This document shows, one piece after another, positions 62,376 through 64,000 of a stretch of 64,000 bases of DNA. The notes below the pieces were generated by a model. The model ran no database searches. It was not told the origin of the DNA and saw only the letters and a list, made by a program, of their open reading frames with translations. This DNA comes from Opitutia bacterium (GTDB taxonomy: Bacteria > Verrucomicrobiota > Verrucomicrobiia > Opitutales > T3Sed10-336). Location of the stretch: NCBI GenBank assembly GCA_050506795.1, contig JBJHCF010000019.1, positions 1 to 64,000 of the forward strand, written 5' to 3'. A program made the position numbers and the translations under genes. How positions within the stretch are numbered: the first letter of the stretch is position 1; every line of letters begins with the position of its first letter.

Positions 62376-62780
62376 TCAGGTTCCCGTTGTGACACGGTCC
62401 AAACTCGGCGGTTCGAGAATAAGGATGTCGTCGCGGTACGAAACCTCCCAGCGTTTTCCCGCAGCACCGTTCGGAAGATCGATGAGCCGGCGGAAAGGCG
62501 CGAGCCTTTGCGGGGTTTCAGCGGAGGGTTTCACCCATCGTAGCCCCGACAGAACCATAAAGTCTTCGCTGGTTTCGACGACGACGGACTTGATCTCCAA
62601 CCCGGGAGCATAAAGGCGGATTTCATAGTGCCCGTCCGATTCTGAAATCTCGGGCCGCGGGTAGGTCCATCCCGGAGAATCCGGGAACCGGCTGCCGACG
62701 GTCTCGGCGATATGGGCTTCGGTGACAAGTTCCGGCGGTTTGTTTCTAACAATGGGCAGAAAAGGGTTACGGTTGAGCAT
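62376..62780 (-). CDS. Divergent Hsp20/alpha-crystallin protein
   Basis: PEISE...YEIRLYAPGL, VLSG.R, FRRLIDLP, YRDDIL. Confidence 0.65.
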   Translation of the reverse strand: MLNRNPFLPIVRNKPPELVTEAHIAETVGSRFPDSPGWTYPRPEISESDGHYEIRLYAPGLEIKSVVVETSEDFMVLSGLRWVKPSAETPQRLAPFRRLIDLPNGAAGKRWEVSYRDDILILEPPSLDRVTTGT

Positions 62781-62939
62781 ACTGGTTCCTTTCGGGTCTT
62801 GCGTCGGCTTGGACACGATTAGATAACACAGAGCGCGTTCGGACGGGAATCCTGTCCGCCGCTTTTCGAGACTAGCGGAAAACACGAGAACCCGGCGGAG
62901 CCGGGTTTGGGGGGGCGGTGGAGTGGCGGGACTGACGGT

Positions 62940-63638
62940 TTAGTCAATCGGCTCGCTCGCGGCGAAACGAGCGGCCTGGCAGAGCATTTCGCTGTTATTG
63001 GTGAGGCCCAGTTTCTTTTTGATGCCGGCGCGGTACGTCTCCACCGTGCTGATGGCGACGCCGAGCCTGGCGGCGATTTCCCTGGTCCCCAAACCATTTC
63101 CCAGAAGGCGGAACACCTCGAGTTCGCGATTGCTGAGCGTTTCGACCGGAATACGGCCTCCTCCTGTTTTGTCCGTCGGTTTCCCCGATCCGCCTTGGGC
63201 GACGATGCGACCGATGATGTTTTCGCTCACGGCCAGATGACCCTGAAGCACTTTGCGGAGGGCCGCCAGGACGTTGTCCACCGGCTCCCGCTTCATGACA
63301 TACCCCTTGGCCCCGGCGCGGATGGCTCTTTCGGCGTAGAGATTTTCGTGGTGTACCGAAAGCGCCAGCACGGCGATTTCCGGGTGATGCGCCCGGAGGT
63401 CACGGATCAGGTCCAAACCGGTTCCGAACTCCAGGGAAATGTCCACGATTACCGCGTCCGGCTCGGATTTTGCGACGGCGGCGAGTCCCCCGGGGCCGTC
63501 CTCGGCCTCTCCGCAGAAAGTCATATCCGTCTGCTGATCGATAACGCGGGCAAGCCCCACGCGAAGCAGGGGATGATCGTCGATGATCAGAATCTTCTTT
63601 TTCTTTTTTGTGGAGCCGGAGGGCTTGCCGTTTTTCAT
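62940..63638 (-). CDS. NarL/LuxR-family response regulator
   Basis: IIDDHP, VIVDISL, GAKGYVMK, LSNRELEVF, TVETYR. Confidence 0.95.
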   Translation of the reverse strand: MKNGKPSGSTKKKKKILIIDDHPLLRVGLARVIDQQTDMTFCGEAEDGPGGLAAVAKSEPDAVIVDISLEFGTGLDLIRDLRAHHPEIAVLALSVHHENLYAERAIRAGAKGYVMKREPVDNVLAALRKVLQGHLAVSENIIGRIVAQGGSGKPTDKTGGGRIPVETLSNRELEVFRLLGNGLGTREIAARLGVAISTVETYRAGIKKKLGLTNNSEMLCQAARFAASEPID

Positions 63639-64000
63639 TGTGGATTATTTGCCTTTTTAGGCAGGCGGGGCGGAGCGTTACAACTTATTTTCGTCCCTTG
63701 GCCTTCGGTACTTTCGATTTTCAACGTGGCGCCAATCATGTCGGCCCGATAACGCATGATGCGGAGGCCCATGCCGGTGGGCCTGCCGGCCTTCTGCCCG
63801 GGAATGCCGCGCCCGTCATCGGTAACCGTCATGACGATACGTTTATTGCGCCGAGCGAGGCGAATCCAGATGTTCCTGGCTTTGCTATGCCGGGCGGCGT
63901 TGTTGACGGCTTCCTGGGCCATGCGGTACAACTGGCGCCCCACGCGCTGGTCGGTCATGTTGAGGGCTTTCGAGCCGGACACGTGGCAGGGCAGGCCGTA
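63635..64000 (-). CDS. NarX-type sensor histidine kinase, C-terminal HATPase part (truncated by window end)
   Basis: QEAVNNAARHS, DDGRG, GMGL..MRYRA, GT.I; ATGA overlap with regulator. Confidence 0.9.
   Translation of the reverse strand, partial: YGLPCHVSGSKALNMTDQRVGRQLYRMAQEAVNNAARHSKARNIWIRLARRNKRIVMTVTDDGRGIPGQKAGRPTGMGLRIMRYRADMIGATLKIESTEGQGTKISCNAPPRLPKKANNPQ

Overview
High-GC bacterial chromosomal segment; gene content and protein style suggest a Verrucomicrobiota/Opitutales-like organism (inference, not verified). Most of it is housekeeping: nth, tRNA-Val(CAC), rpsB-tsf, a sigma70, trpE, glgC, lgt, ilvB, a caa3-type oxidase operon with a divergent azurin-like lipoprotein, tlyA, mazG, hemF-hemE, alr, hisI, a stand-alone MurE-like ligase, aspS and ggt. 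Accessory patches are: (i) 1-7.5 kb, with a RAYT-like transposase tail, BlaI plus an M56 protease fused to a secretin-like domain, an intact AbrB-VapC pair, a decayed VapC module and REP-like palindromes; (ii) 42-46 kb, a coupled SpoIVB/S55 protease and large beta-propeller protein; (iii) 46-52 kb, a decaying carbohydrate locus with two internally broken genes; (iv) 56-61.5 kb, ggt, a PGM1-like ATP-grasp ligase, an M20 peptidase and an ADP-ribosylglycohydrolase-like protein lacking metal motifs, which is the best candidate for an uncharacterised system. No CRISPR array, rRNA, integrase or prophage was seen. All calls come from motif recognition by eye; no database searches were run.
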